DNA from: Gammaproteobacteria bacterium
GTDB lineage: Bacteria; Pseudomonadota; Gammaproteobacteria; JAIEPX01
Direction: 5' to 3'
Assembly: GCA_019748175.1 (NCBI GenBank)
Contig: JAIEPX010000020.1
Span: 5,392-69,391 of the forward strand
DNA length: 64,000 bases
Part shown: one piece after another, positions 19,632 to 29,705 of the stretch
Layout of the letters: each line of letters starts with the position of its first letter
Numbering within the stretch: the stretch's first letter is position 1
Position numbers and translations under genes: made by a program
The notes under the pieces: generated by a model
The model's database searches: none
Seen by the model: the letters and a program-made list of their open reading frames with translations, nothing else
Told to the model about the DNA's origin: nothing

Positions 19632-20453
19632 ATGGACGGACGAAAAATTGCGTTTATTGGTGCAGGAAATATGGGGGCCAATTTAATTGCTGGACTCATA
19701 AATGATGGATATGATCCTCAGAAAATTTATGCTTCTTCGCCTGATGTTGCTGGTTTGCAAAAGCTCTCAGAACATCTCAATATTCATATTTCAACTGATA
19801 ATAAATCAATTGCAGCAGTGACTGATGTGATTGTTTTGTGTGTGAAACCGCAAATAATTTCTGTTGTTATTGAAGAGCTTGCTCAGACAATTCAGGAACG
19901 CCAGTTGTTGGTGATTTCAATTGCTGCTGGTGTCAGAGCGGAGCTTATTCAAAAAAAACTCGGATTCAATTGTGCAATTGTTCGATGCATGCCTAATATC
20001 GCTGCGTTGGTTCGTAGTGCTGCCACTGGCTTATTCGCGAATGAGAATACGTCTGAAATACAAAGAGAGATAGCAGAAACATTATTGCGATCGGTTGGTG
20101 TCACCGTTTGGGTTGATGATGAATCTAAATTAGATGCAGTGACAGCGTTGTCGGGTAGTGGTCCCGCTTATTTCTTTTTGTTAATTGAAGCGATGCAAGA
20201 AGCCGCTACTAAATTAGGACTTTCGGAAGGTGAGGCGAGTTTGCTCAGTTTACAAACGGCGCTAGGCGCAGCAAGATTAGCCTTGGAAAGTTCTGATTCT
20301 GTGATAATGTTACGTGAACAAGTGACTTCACCAGGAGGCACTACAGAGCAAGCTATCAAGACTCTGGAATCAGGAAGTTTGCGAAAATTGGTTTATGATG
20401 CAATGACGGCTGCGGCTGTTCGTGCACGAGAATTATCTGAAGGTTTAAAGTAG
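19632..20453 (+). CDS. proC: Pyrroline-5-carboxylate reductase
   Basis: Rossmann motif IAFIGAGNMGANLIAGL. C-terminal SPGGTTEQAIKTLE motif. 273 aa. Confidence 0.85.
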   Translation: MDGRKIAFIGAGNMGANLIAGLINDGYDPQKIYASSPDVAGLQKLSEHLNIHISTDNKSIAAVTDVIVLCVKPQIISVVIEELAQTIQERQLLVISIAAGVRAELIQKKLGFNCAIVRCMPNIAALVRSAATGLFANENTSEIQREIAETLLRSVGVTVWVDDESKLDAVTALSGSGPAYFFLLIEAMQEAATKLGLSEGEASLLSLQTALGAARLALESSDSVIMLREQVTSPGGTTEQAIKTLESGSLRKLVYDAMTAAAVRARELSEGLK

Positions 20454-20475
20454 CCCATTTATAGAAGGATTAGCG

Positions 20476-21078
20476 ATGTCGACAATTATTGCCTCTTTAT
20501 GGTCTTTATTAGACACCGTTTTTTCGTTTTACATCATGTTACTTTTGTTGCGATTATTGCTGCAAAAATTGCACGCAAATTATTATAATCCTCTTTGTCA
20601 GTTTGTAATTCGTATTACGACACCTGCAGTTAAAGCGTTGCAGCACTGGTTGCCTACTTGGCGAGGAATCGATTTTGCAGTGCTCGTTGTTATTGTGACT
20701 TTAACAGTAATGAAATTTATTTTTATGGGATGGATGCTATTTTCCAGCTCGCCTCGTTTATCAGGGATTATCGTGTGGTGTCTTGGCGATTTACTACAAA
20801 ATGTATTCCACTTATTTATTTATCTAATCATTGGTCGAGTGATTTTATCCTGGATTCAAAATGCGCAACTAGCTCCCGTTTTGGAAGCGATTTATAAACT
20901 AACGGAACCTAGTTTAAGGCCTGTGAGACGATTAATCCCGCCCATAGGAGGTCATGATTTATCTCCCTTGTTTTTAATTCTCGCTTTACAGCTGCTGGTT
21001 ATTTTGATTGCATCACCTTTGGAGGGCTATGGGCAGCTGCTCGCTTTCCAGATTAGGCCGCCAGCATCTCTCGGTTAA
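20476..21078 (+). CDS. YggT family inner-membrane protein
   Basis: Duplicated YggT-like segments. Motif RPVRRLIPPIGGHDLSPLFLIL. Position after proC as in other gammaproteobacteria. Confidence 0.65.
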   Translation: MSTIIASLWSLLDTVFSFYIMLLLLRLLLQKLHANYYNPLCQFVIRITTPAVKALQHWLPTWRGIDFAVLVVIVTLTVMKFIFMGWMLFSSSPRLSGIIVWCLGDLLQNVFHLFIYLIIGRVILSWIQNAQLAPVLEAIYKLTEPSLRPVRRLIPPIGGHDLSPLFLILALQLLVILIASPLEGYGQLLAFQIRPPASLG

Positions 21079-21162
21079 GGATTTTGGGTATTTTAGTCGC
21101 TCAATGCCCTGTATTGATGAGTGTTGATTTTAAAACCGAGAGATGCTTCCTTTAATATATTT

Positions 21163-21204
21163 AGGGGAGAGAATCACGATTCTCTCCCCTAAAACCCCTC
21201 ATCG
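21163..21204. repeat. Small palindromic repeat element (AGGGGAGAGAATCACGATTCTCTCCCCT plus AAAACCCCTCATCG tail); inverted copy at 46745..46787
   Basis: Near-perfect 12-bp-arm hairpin. The whole 42-bp unit recurs in reverse-complement orientation at 46745..46787 with 2-3 mismatches. Confidence 0.6.
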
Positions 21205-21342
21205 CAAAAGGAATCTCTTCTATCACCTTGAATGCAAATGATTTCTATTAGCCGGGGACTGCTGTTGTAATCCCAGTTAAGTTGTTTTTTTGGCAATAAA
21301 AGAGTAAAATGTGCCCTTTATGGGTTTGTATGAGAGATAATA

Positions 21343-22758
21343 ATGCGAGCATTAGAAGAAGATAGTATAGAGAATGGTGGTGGTAGCAACGAAACGGGCT
21401 TGCAGTTGGCTGTCGTTGAACGTGATGACGATGAAATTTTAGAAATTCCACGCTGGCCAGAGAATGAATTTTTTCCACCTACACAACCCGCCCCATTAAA
21501 TTTAGTTAGTTTTACAACCTCAGCAATTTTCATCGGTTTTGTTTTTCGTGCATTAGTCACTTACGCAAATTCTTTCGAAGAAGTTCTAAGTATTTTTGAC
21601 CTTATATTATTATTAGGTTATCCGCTTATTGGTGACAACCGCATTCTTGCGATGTTTTTCACGTTATGGTTTTGTGGTACGGCTTATGTAACGTGGCGAT
21701 TTTGGACACCTGCAATCCAAGAATATACTGCCCATGGTGTAGATTGGTTGGCGAATAGATTTAGAACGCCTATTGCAATATTTGTTCCCCCGTCAAATGC
21801 TTTTGTGTCTTTTATCAATAGACGATATCTTTCCCCTGTTTTTGAAACAAGAGCTTGGTTAGGTTATGTTTCTGTCGCATCATGTGTCGCTCTCGCAGGA
21901 TTAGTCGCTAACGAAAATGAAGAAGGCACTCGAGAATTTTGGAATATTTCAAGTCGATCCTTTTTAACGATTGGGTTTAGTTTATTATTGGCGGGTTTCG
22001 CGGTGCTATTTTCCATTTGCTCTGATTTGCGCATGATTTGGCGAGATCGATATGCGGCGGAAGGAAGACCTTTTCCCCCGCAAAGACCGGGTACCGGAAC
22101 CTATATTATCGTTACATTAGGTATGCTGGAGCTCGTTTATCGTACGTATATAGTAATCTATAATACAGCATTTGAGTTCACAGGAAGTCGAGGGTGGGCG
22201 AATGCTAACGCGTTCATTTTTACATTTTTTGGTACGATTCAAAATTTTTGTTTTCAGGCTATTTATGCCCTGGAAGGTTCGCCCGTAATTGGAATAATTA
22301 ATCGCATGATTTTGAGAATGCCGGTACCCGTTAAGATTGTATTTTTAGGGTTAAATGGTGTCACGATTGTGGTCATTAATATGGCTTTGTCAACGTATAA
22401 TATCCAAACACTGTTAGTGTCAAATTTTGGAACACCTTTTCTGGTCGCAATTATAGTTGGTGGGTCGCATAGTATTTTTATTGCATCCGGCGATTTTATT
22501 ACGAGCTATTTAGATGGCGTTGTGAGAATTACAATGGGATGGGATTTATCCCCTGAGATGCGTTTTATTCAAGGTGATAGAAGTCCTGCGGCTTTAGATA
22601 ATTTGGTAAGGGCGGGACGATTTAGAGTGGCCTATGCGGGTGGTCAAGAACGAAACAATTTGCCCGATAATCAAGCAGTTGAGTTGTTAAGCTTAGAGCA
22701 TGGTCAGGCCGACAATGCGGCAGATACTCAAAGAAATGGTGGCTTGGGAAATCTATAG
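21343..22758 (+). CDS. Polytopic integral membrane protein of unknown function with hydrophilic acidic N-terminal domain
   Basis: About 90 aa acidic N-terminus (EEDSIENGGGSNE..DDDEILEIPRWPENEFF) followed by at least 10 hydrophobic helices. No family motif recognised. Confidence 0.35.
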   Translation: MRALEEDSIENGGGSNETGLQLAVVERDDDEILEIPRWPENEFFPPTQPAPLNLVSFTTSAIFIGFVFRALVTYANSFEEVLSIFDLILLLGYPLIGDNRILAMFFTLWFCGTAYVTWRFWTPAIQEYTAHGVDWLANRFRTPIAIFVPPSNAFVSFINRRYLSPVFETRAWLGYVSVASCVALAGLVANENEEGTREFWNISSRSFLTIGFSLLLAGFAVLFSICSDLRMIWRDRYAAEGRPFPPQRPGTGTYIIVTLGMLELVYRTYIVIYNTAFEFTGSRGWANANAFIFTFFGTIQNFCFQAIYALEGSPVIGIINRMILRMPVPVKIVFLGLNGVTIVVINMALSTYNIQTLLVSNFGTPFLVAIIVGGSHSIFIASGDFITSYLDGVVRITMGWDLSPEMRFIQGDRSPAALDNLVRAGRFRVAYAGGQERNNLPDNQAVELLSLEHGQADNAADTQRNGGLGNL

Positions 22759-22930
22759 TACAATAATTCTTAACTGAGACGTGCTTTCAGGCTTGCTTTT
22801 TCTGAAATTAGTGCCTATGCTTATAGAGTCCTAGCTCGGCAGACCCGAGAATTCCCATTTGATTAATCCCCTTTATCAGTGAATTCAACAAAATTTTACG
22901 TGGTGAAGGTTAATTTTAGAGGCTTAAGTA

Positions 22931-23257
22931 ATGAGTAAAAACACAGTAGCTGTTACCGATGCATCATTCGAAACGGAAGTGCTAAAAGCACAGGGCCCAG
23001 TGTTGGTTGATTTTTGGGCTGAGTGGTGTGGGCCATGCAAAAGCATAGCGCCAATTTTAGATGAGGTTTCTGTAGAATATTCAGATCGACTAAAAGTTGT
23101 GAAACTAAATACTGATGAAAATCCTGATGTGGCTGTAAAATATTCTGTGCGTTCAATTCCGACATTAATGATATTTAAAAATGGCGTAAATGAAGCGACA
23201 CGAGTAGGTGCATTGACAAAATCCCAATTAACGGCCTTTGTTGATGAGTATCTTTAA
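22931..23257 (+). CDS. trxA: Thioredoxin
   Basis: WCGPC active site. 108 aa. Conserved trxA-rho linkage. Confidence 0.9.
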   Translation: MSKNTVAVTDASFETEVLKAQGPVLVDFWAEWCGPCKSIAPILDEVSVEYSDRLKVVKLNTDENPDVAVKYSVRSIPTLMIFKNGVNEATRVGALTKSQLTAFVDEYL

Positions 23258-23319
23258 ATTAATTTCTATAACTAATTTTGTTTCATGCAAAATTTGTTCT
23301 ATAACGAGAGAGAAAAATT

Positions 23320-24612
23320 GTGGTTAAAGTCAAAGTTGAAAGTATAAATGTCGCTGATCTCCAGCAAAAAAGACCCGAAGAGTTAATGGAAATGGGCAGG
23401 CAATTGCAAATTGATAACCTTGCCGGAAAGAGCAAACAAGTTTTAATTTTTGAAATTTCAAAAAAATTAGCTCTTGAGCATCCTGAGCTAAAGACAGCGA
23501 TTCATGGGAATGGTGTACTTGAAATATTACCCGATGGATTCGGGTTTTTACGATCTCCCAAAATGTCTTATTTGCCGGGTCCTGATGATATTTATGTTTC
23601 ACCTAACCAAATTAGACGATTTAATTTAAGAACAGGTGATAGTGTTGTCGGTATTATTCGAGCGCCAAAAGAAGGCGAACGATATTTAGCCCTGATAGAA
23701 GTAGAAAAAATTAATTTTGACTCGCCTGAAGTTGCGAAAGATCGTGTGGCATTCGAAAATTTAACTCCAGTGCATCCTGATAGTCGAATTATTATGCAAC
23801 GCGGTAACGGTAGTAAAGAAGATGTTACTCCGCGCATCATTGATTTGGTGGCGCCTATTGGTAAAGGACAACGAGGTTTGATCGTTTCTCCACCAAAAGC
23901 GGGTAAAACAATGATGCTTCAAAATATAGCAGCATCAATTGCGAATAATTATCCTGAATGTTATTTGATTGTATTGTTGATTGATGAGCGCCCTGAAGAA
24001 GTAACTGAAATGGAGCGGTGCGTTAAAGGTGAAGTCGTTGCGAGTACTTTTGATGAGCCTGCAACACGTCATATTCAAGTTGCTGAAATGGTAATTGAAA
24101 AAGCGAAGCGCTTAGTCGAACACAAACTTGATGTTGTTATTTTATTGGACTCTATTACTCGTTTAGCACGTGCTTACAATACTGTTGTTCCTGCTTCAGG
24201 AAAAGTCTTAACGGGTGGTGTTGATGCCAATGCATTACAACGGCCGAAACGATTTTTTGGTGCTGCTCGTAATATTGAAGGTGGTGGAAGTTTAACAATT
24301 TTAGCGACCGCGTTGATTGATACGGGTTCAAAAATGGATGACGTTATTTACGAAGAATTTAAAAGTACGGGTAACAGTGAAATTCATTTGGATCGCGCTA
24401 TTGCCGAAGGACGAACTTTCCCGGCAATTAATATTCAACGTTCAGGTACTCGTCGTGAAGAATTGATTACAAATGCGGAAGAGCTGAATAGAATGTGGAT
24501 ATTACGAAGAATACTCCATAATATGGGTGAAAAGCCTTCTATTGATTTCTTGTTGGAAAAATTGGGTCATACCAAAACTAACGAAGAATTTTTTGATACG
24601 ATGAAGCGCTAG
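23320..24612 (+). CDS. rho: Transcription termination factor Rho
   Basis: Walker [17 protein letters not shown]-terminal CSD/RNA-binding region. 430 aa. GTG start as in ORF track; exact start uncertain. Confidence 0.9.
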   Translation: MVKVKVESINVADLQQKRPEELMEMGRQLQIDNLAGKSKQVLIFEISKKLALEHPELKTAIHGNGVLEILPDGFGFLRSPKMSYLPGPDDIYVSPNQIRRFNLRTGDSVVGIIRAPKEGERYLALIEVEKINFDSPEVAKDRVAFENLTPVHPDSRIIMQRGNGSKEDVTPRIIDLVAPIGKGQRGLIVSPPKAGKTMMLQNIAASIANNYPECYLIVLLIDERPEEVTEMERCVKGEVVASTFDEPATRHIQVAEMVIEKAKRLVEHKLDVVILLDSITRLARAYNTVVPASGKVLTGGVDANALQRPKRFFGAARNIEGGGSLTILATALIDTGSKMDDVIYEEFKSTGNSEIHLDRAIAEGRTFPAINIQRSGTRREELITNAEELNRMWILRRILHNMGEKPSIDFLLEKLGHTKTNEEFFDTMKR

Positions 24613-25370
24613 AATTTAAATTCTTGCCCTTTTTTCACGAACCCCAAAAAACCGTGCTCTTTTGCATCGGGGAGATGTCCGGGATTGTAATGATAAAGCC
24701 ACATTTTCATTTTTATCGATTCAGGAAGTGTGGCCAGATCACTGAAATGAGCATGCACGCCACTATGTTGTGTTGCTGTCTCGCAATCTTGAAAAATAAC
24801 ATCAGCTTCGGTGTAGAATCGCATAAGTAATTGCGGGCAAAATTGAGTGTCTGCAGTGTAGTAAATTTTAGTTTGATTGGCTTTGAAAAAAAGACCGTGG
24901 CAAGGCGCTAGTGTAAATCCATTCATAACATGAGCTGTTTGAACTACACGAAATTCAATTCCGTTCCAATGAAATGTGTCATTTTCTTTAATTCCGATGG
25001 GGTCAAAGTATGTGTTTAAATGACACAATTCGCCTTCAAGTGATTCCATGCTTCCTGAAAGTGATTTTTCCCATAAATCATGCATAAGTGATTCGCTGAT
25101 GTAGAGTTTTGGTCTGTCACACTGATCATCGAATTTGCGAGTGAACCCGAGCCATTCTAATCCACCCATATGGTCTGCATGTAGATGAGAAATATACACG
25201 TCTGTAATATCACGGTGTGCCATTTTCAGTTCATAGAGCGCATGACGTGCATCAGACCCGCAATCGATCAATAATTTTTTGTTATCATCGGTTACCAGTA
25301 AAACATTCGAATGATAATTATTTGCGCCTATAGTGAAGGCGGTCCCTGATCCTAAGAAAATCATTTTCAT
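24609..25370 (-). CDS. MBL-fold metallo-hydrolase (possible class II-like cyclic-nucleotide phosphodiesterase)
   Basis: HxHxDH motif [10 protein letters not shown]. Start trimmed to MKMIFLGSG, 1 nt after the stop of the upstream cNMP-binding gene (translational coupling). Confidence 0.65.
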   Translation of the reverse strand: MKMIFLGSGTAFTIGANNYHSNVLLVTDDNKKLLIDCGSDARHALYELKMAHRDITDVYISHLHADHMGGLEWLGFTRKFDDQCDRPKLYISESLMHDLWEKSLSGSMESLEGELCHLNTYFDPIGIKENDTFHWNGIEFRVVQTAHVMNGFTLAPCHGLFFKANQTKIYYTADTQFCPQLLMRFYTEADVIFQDCETATQHSGVHAHFSDLATLPESIKMKMWLYHYNPGHLPDAKEHGFLGFVKKGQEFKF

Positions 25371-25371
25371 G

Positions 25372-25845
25372 TTATACAATCGCCGATAAATTATCTCGTG
25401 ACAGAGAGGCCACAAGCGCATTCGCCTTTTTTAATCGCTCTGAAAGTGTTAGTGCGACGTTGTGACTGATTTGCAGTGCATTGGGATCCTTGTCTTCGAT
25501 ATCACGTAAGAAATGTTTAGCGTCAATATAAAGTAATTTCGCTCTATTTTTGGCATGGACGCCCGCCGTCCGTTCTTGCGGTGATAACATACAAACTTCA
25601 CCCACGTACTCTCCGGGTTGAAGCGTTGCAAGGACTTTAATTATTTTTTGGCGATTGTCAGTTTCAAGAACCACATCGATAGTCCCTTCGACTAAGATAT
25701 ACATCCCTTTGCCCAAATCGCCTTGATGGAATAGAAACTCGCCCGGATCTAAGTTAACTTCAACCCGGTTAGCAACCATCATTTGTAAATAATCTTCCGA
25801 CACATTATGGAAGAGGCTGTTATTAGCCAATGTTTCAAGAATCAT
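25372..25845 (-). CDS. Stand-alone cyclic-nucleotide-binding (CAP-effector) domain protein
   Basis: Motif GEFLFHQGDLGKGMYILVEGTIDV and phosphate-binding cassette-like GEYVGEVCMLSPQERTAGVHA. 157 aa. Confidence 0.7.
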   Translation of the reverse strand: MILETLANNSLFHNVSEDYLQMMVANRVEVNLDPGEFLFHQGDLGKGMYILVEGTIDVVLETDNRQKIIKVLATLQPGEYVGEVCMLSPQERTAGVHAKNRAKLLYIDAKHFLRDIEDKDPNALQISHNVALTLSERLKKANALVASLSRDNLSAIV

Positions 25846-25945
25846 AGTAAATCCCTCATTACCTTAGTTGACGTATCAACTTCTAATACCCCTTATAGCA
25901 ATTATAGACCTTTTTTGGACTTTGGCCTATTTGGTATAATCTGTA

Positions 25946-28027
25946 TTAGTCCTTAGTTGTATACCTCCATACACCATCCCAATCCGCTGGGGGTGGATTT
26001 CGCTTAAAACGTTTGCATCGTTCAAGCAATACTTTAGCGGCTTTATCATCCGAATGTTCTTTAAGCAGTTCGTTTAATAGATTAATCGCGTCTTCCCACC
26101 GTTGTTGTTGGTAGGCATTAAATGCGTCATCATAAAGTTTAACATAGTTCAAAATCGAAGAGTCTGTCGTAGAGGTTCGTTCGCAAATTAGTTCATATAT
26201 TTTATGATGAACGGCTTGCCCCTTGACAGTGATAGAATCAAGAATTCGAAAAACAAAAAAATCATTTACTACAGCCACAACGCTGTCGCTGACGATTATT
26301 TTTGTGCCATAGATTCGATTAATATTTTCCAAGCGACTCGCTAGATTTATGTTGTCACCAATTGCTGTATAATTAACACGAGTTGATGAACCGAGGTTGC
26401 CGACGATTGCATCGCCTGTATGAATGCCAATTCGCGTCGGGAATTCTGGTCTTCCGGATTCTTTCCATACCTTGTTCAGTTGTTTCAGTTTATGTTGAAA
26501 TTGTAACGCCGAAATACAGGCATGGTAGCAATGCTTGTCATCAGGCAAGGGGCTATTCCAAAATGCCATAACGGCATCACCAATATATTTATCTATGTTC
26601 CCAAGATTTTCGCGAATAATTGTGCTCACGACGTCAAAATAATCGCAGAGATGTTGCATTAGTTCTTCGGGTGGGATTTTTTCTGCGATCGTAGTGAAAC
26701 TTTTTATATCCGAAAAGAAAATAGTGATATCTTTTCTTGACCCCCCAATCTGATCCCCCATGCCTTTGTGCACTAAAATTCGAACGAGATCAGCGGGGAC
26801 ATATTTTTGAAAAGAGCGTAGCCCTGTTCGCATTGAATAGATAGCTTCACAGAGGTAGGAGATCTCATGAATATGAGTATCTATAGGCGGTGTTTCTGCT
26901 AGGTCGAATTCGCGGATTTTTCCGGTGACTGCGACGAGTTTCCCCAAAGATTTTGAAATTTGTCGTGAGTAAAAGGTAATGAGAATAATACCGAAGAATA
27001 ATATTAAGGCGCAAATCTTTATGGTCATAATATTAGCATTTTTTAATTCCCCAACAAAATCATCTTCGGGTACAACGACAACAATACGCCAAAGCTTATC
27101 TTGAAATCCCGGGATGTTCTTAATTGAAGCGAGGTAGCTCAGTTTTTTGTCATAAAAAATAAATTTCTCTTTGCCGGATTTTTGAAATTCATCGAATGCT
27201 TTTTCTTGCCAGGAGGGTAGTTCCTTGACAGAGCTTAATTGGGCGTCTTTATTATTTTGAATGTTAACGAGACTGGGGTGCGCAATTAAATTTCCTGACG
27301 CACCGATGATGTATGCTACGCCTGTTTTTCCAATAACTTGGGTTTTTAAAAATTCAGACAAACTTTTTAACTTCATATCAATACCCACAACACCTTGCAA
27401 AACATTATTTTTATATACGGGTTGTGCTGCTGTTACGCCAAGTGTTTTTCCAGCGCCTGAAAAAAATACGTAGGCTTTAGACCAAATAAATGCTTTTTTA
27501 TTAACAGCATCTTGGTACCAAGGACGAGAGCGTGGGTCATACGTGATTTTAGGTTGAGCCACTATTTTAATTACTTTTTCTGACCTGTCGCGATAAATAT
27601 AGTTGTCAGTGGGTGGAGTTGCGCCTCGATTAATAATTTCTGATGATATAGTGTTATCGGATTCACGTCGTGAAACAATAAAGTTTCCTTGAGTATCTCC
27701 CCAATACACCATTGCAGCATTAGGGATTGTTTTGAGAAGTTCTAAAGAAAAATCTTCCATTTCGGCCGTTGTGTTCAGATCGACGGTGTTCGATCCAATT
27801 AATTTTACGGCGAGGTTGCTTGATTGCTCTGCGGGATGTAACACACCGATCAGTTCACGCTGTACTTCCCTTGCAACGGTTTCCATTTGTTGATCAGAAA
27901 TAACCATTTGGGATCGATAAAATCGAAATGAGGTGATTAGTACAATTGTTAATATTGTTGCAATGAACAATGTTAGGAATAGTCCTAGAACACTCACTTT
28001 TAAAGATACTTTGAAATCTTTGATCAT
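25946..28027 (-). CDS. Membrane-anchored class III adenylate/guanylate cyclase with periplasmic Cache/CHASE-like sensor domain, HAMP-like linker and C-terminal TPR-like tail
   Basis: Two TM segments flanking an about 280-aa periplasmic domain. Cyclase motifs ITIFFSDIKSFTTIAEK and IGIHTGDAIVGNLGSSTRVNYTAIGDNINLASRLE. Confidence 0.8.
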   Translation of the reverse strand: MIKDFKVSLKVSVLGLFLTLFIATILTIVLITSFRFYRSQMVISDQQMETVAREVQRELIGVLHPAEQSSNLAVKLIGSNTVDLNTTAEMEDFSLELLKTIPNAAMVYWGDTQGNFIVSRRESDNTISSEIINRGATPPTDNYIYRDRSEKVIKIVAQPKITYDPRSRPWYQDAVNKKAFIWSKAYVFFSGAGKTLGVTAAQPVYKNNVLQGVVGIDMKLKSLSEFLKTQVIGKTGVAYIIGASGNLIAHPSLVNIQNNKDAQLSSVKELPSWQEKAFDEFQKSGKEKFIFYDKKLSYLASIKNIPGFQDKLWRIVVVVPEDDFVGELKNANIMTIKICALILFFGIILITFYSRQISKSLGKLVAVTGKIREFDLAETPPIDTHIHEISYLCEAIYSMRTGLRSFQKYVPADLVRILVHKGMGDQIGGSRKDITIFFSDIKSFTTIAEKIPPEELMQHLCDYFDVVSTIIRENLGNIDKYIGDAVMAFWNSPLPDDKHCYHACISALQFQHKLKQLNKVWKESGRPEFPTRIGIHTGDAIVGNLGSSTRVNYTAIGDNINLASRLENINRIYGTKIIVSDSVVAVVNDFFVFRILDSITVKGQAVHHKIYELICERTSTTDSSILNYVKLYDDAFNAYQQQRWEDAINLLNELLKEHSDDKAAKVLLERCKRFKRNPPPADWDGVWRYTTKD

Positions 28028-28220
28028 AATCCCTGCTCTGCGAATCCATATGCAGCGGAAACCGCTGATACGTTAATAATAGCATATGAACCCGTAATTA
28101 GCCCATTTGTAGGAAGGGCTTGCTTGTAGAGGGGGAGAATCATTATACTACCCGTTTGTCGCGAAAAGGCGTACGGCCAGGCATCGTTATTTAGATGCAC
28201 ATCAGAACTAGGAGGGTTTC

Positions 28221-29519
28221 ATGCGACTTCGACATTGGAAGGTTGTAGGGGCAGGGCTATTGTTGAGCATTTCAGCTCAGACATATGCTGTCACATTATC
28301 AGAAGTATCTCGCCAAACGCTTGCCACGAATCCCGAAGTGCGCGCTTCTTTAGCGAATCGAACCGCCCGAGCTTATGAAGTTAATCAGGCAGTAGGTCAA
28401 TATCTTCCGCAATTTAGTGCTCGTGCCGCTGGTGGTCGTGAACGAGCTGTCAATCCTACAGTGAGAGCCTTGAAAAATTCAAAAGGCCATTTGACTCTAG
28501 ATCGCTCTGAATTTTCTTTGACAGCCAGTCAATTAATTGTTGATGGCTGGGGTGTGGGCAGTTCTATTCATGAGCGTGTTTTTGATTCACGTAGTGCCAA
28601 ATTTGATTTACGCAATACCTGCAACAATGTGATGCTACAGATGGCTGAGGCTTATCTGAATGTTAAGCGACAGCGGGAAATTTTAGTGATTGCGCAAAAA
28701 AACGTTAATTCACATAAAGAAACCCTGAGAAAAGTTCGATTACGATTCAAGGGTGGGGCAGGTACACGTGTTGATGTTGAGTTGGCTGATGCTCGATTAG
28801 CTCGATCAGAAGCTCAATTCCGCGAGTCTAAAAGGTTGTTGGAAGAAGCTGAAACCCGTTATTGTACAGTCGCGAATCAAGCTCCTGCGGTCGATTTAGC
28901 AATGCCAATACAGCCTGTAAGATTCCTTCCTCGAAATCTTTTTAATGCAGTTACCATTGCGATGGAAAATAATCCTGCCATTTTAGCATCGATCAATACT
29001 TCTCAAGCAGCAAAGGCGCATATTGGAGTTATACGCTCCCGTTTTTACCCCAGGGTTGATGCAGAATTAACGGCTAGAGCAGACAATAATCTCAGTGGTG
29101 TAGAAGGCTCTGATGGTTCTGTGATGGGGATGGCCGTCTTGTCGTATAATTTTGTTGCAGGCGGAAGTGATGTCGCTGCTTATAATACTGCGGCATTCGA
29201 TCGTGTACAGGCTCAGCAAAAATCTCTCGATATTGCACGTAAAGTGAGAGAGCGAGTGCGTGATGCATGGTCAAATTTTACATCGAGTCGTGACTCCATA
29301 TCCATATTCAAAGGGTCCGTAAACGCTAATACACAGGTTGTGCGGGACTACATTAAACAATTCGAACTCGGTCAGCGAGAATTATTTAATGTGTTAGACG
29401 CCCAAGATGATTTATATGCCGCGCAAAATGCTCTTGTTAGCGCTAATTATGATAACGCCATAGCGTATTATCGTGTCTTGGAAGCGATAGGAACAATAAG
29501 TCTTCAATCTTTAATCTAG
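28221..29519 (+). CDS. TolC-family outer-membrane channel, component of a type I secretion system (LssA-like)
   Basis: Signal peptide. 432 aa. Repeated coiled-coil/beta-barrel TolC layout. Followed by HlyB- and HlyD-family genes. Confidence 0.75.
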   Translation: MRLRHWKVVGAGLLLSISAQTYAVTLSEVSRQTLATNPEVRASLANRTARAYEVNQAVGQYLPQFSARAAGGRERAVNPTVRALKNSKGHLTLDRSEFSLTASQLIVDGWGVGSSIHERVFDSRSAKFDLRNTCNNVMLQMAEAYLNVKRQREILVIAQKNVNSHKETLRKVRLRFKGGAGTRVDVELADARLARSEAQFRESKRLLEEAETRYCTVANQAPAVDLAMPIQPVRFLPRNLFNAVTIAMENNPAILASINTSQAAKAHIGVIRSRFYPRVDAELTARADNNLSGVEGSDGSVMGMAVLSYNFVAGGSDVAAYNTAAFDRVQAQQKSLDIARKVRERVRDAWSNFTSSRDSISIFKGSVNANTQVVRDYIKQFELGQRELFNVLDAQDDLYAAQNALVSANYDNAIAYYRVLEAIGTISLQSLI

Positions 29520-29705
29520 TAGGATAGGGCACCAGCACTCTTGTGCTTCTCGCTACGATTGGTGGCGCTCTATCCAGGCTCTCCTCGCAAACACATTTTC
29601 CCGTCAAGTGGCGAGATCTGTCACTATGTTCTACACTTTCATCAAGGGGTCTAGATAACTATATCTAATACCCAATTGTGTTTCCTAGGATGGGAGGTAG
29701 TATCA

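Noticed and set aside
21248-21560. Two minus-strand ORFs (76 and 80 aa) upstream of or overlapping the 21343 membrane-protein gene
   Set aside because: They overlap the start of the long plus-strand ORF and the palindromic repeat. Low-complexity Ser/His-rich translations. Judged non-coding.
23320-23345. Possibility that rho starts at an internal ATG (MEMGRQ) instead of GTG 23320
   Set aside because: Alignment logic with canonical Rho N-termini (..L.ELK.KP..EL...G..LG.ENL...) places the start upstream of [15 protein letters not shown]. The GTG was retained but is flagged as uncertain.
24609-25421. Full-length track ORF for the MBL hydrolase (50-nt overlap with the cNMP-binding gene)
   Set aside because: The internal start MKMIFLGSG at 25370 gives a canonical MBL N-terminus and a 1-nt intergenic spacing. 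The N-terminal extension was rejected.
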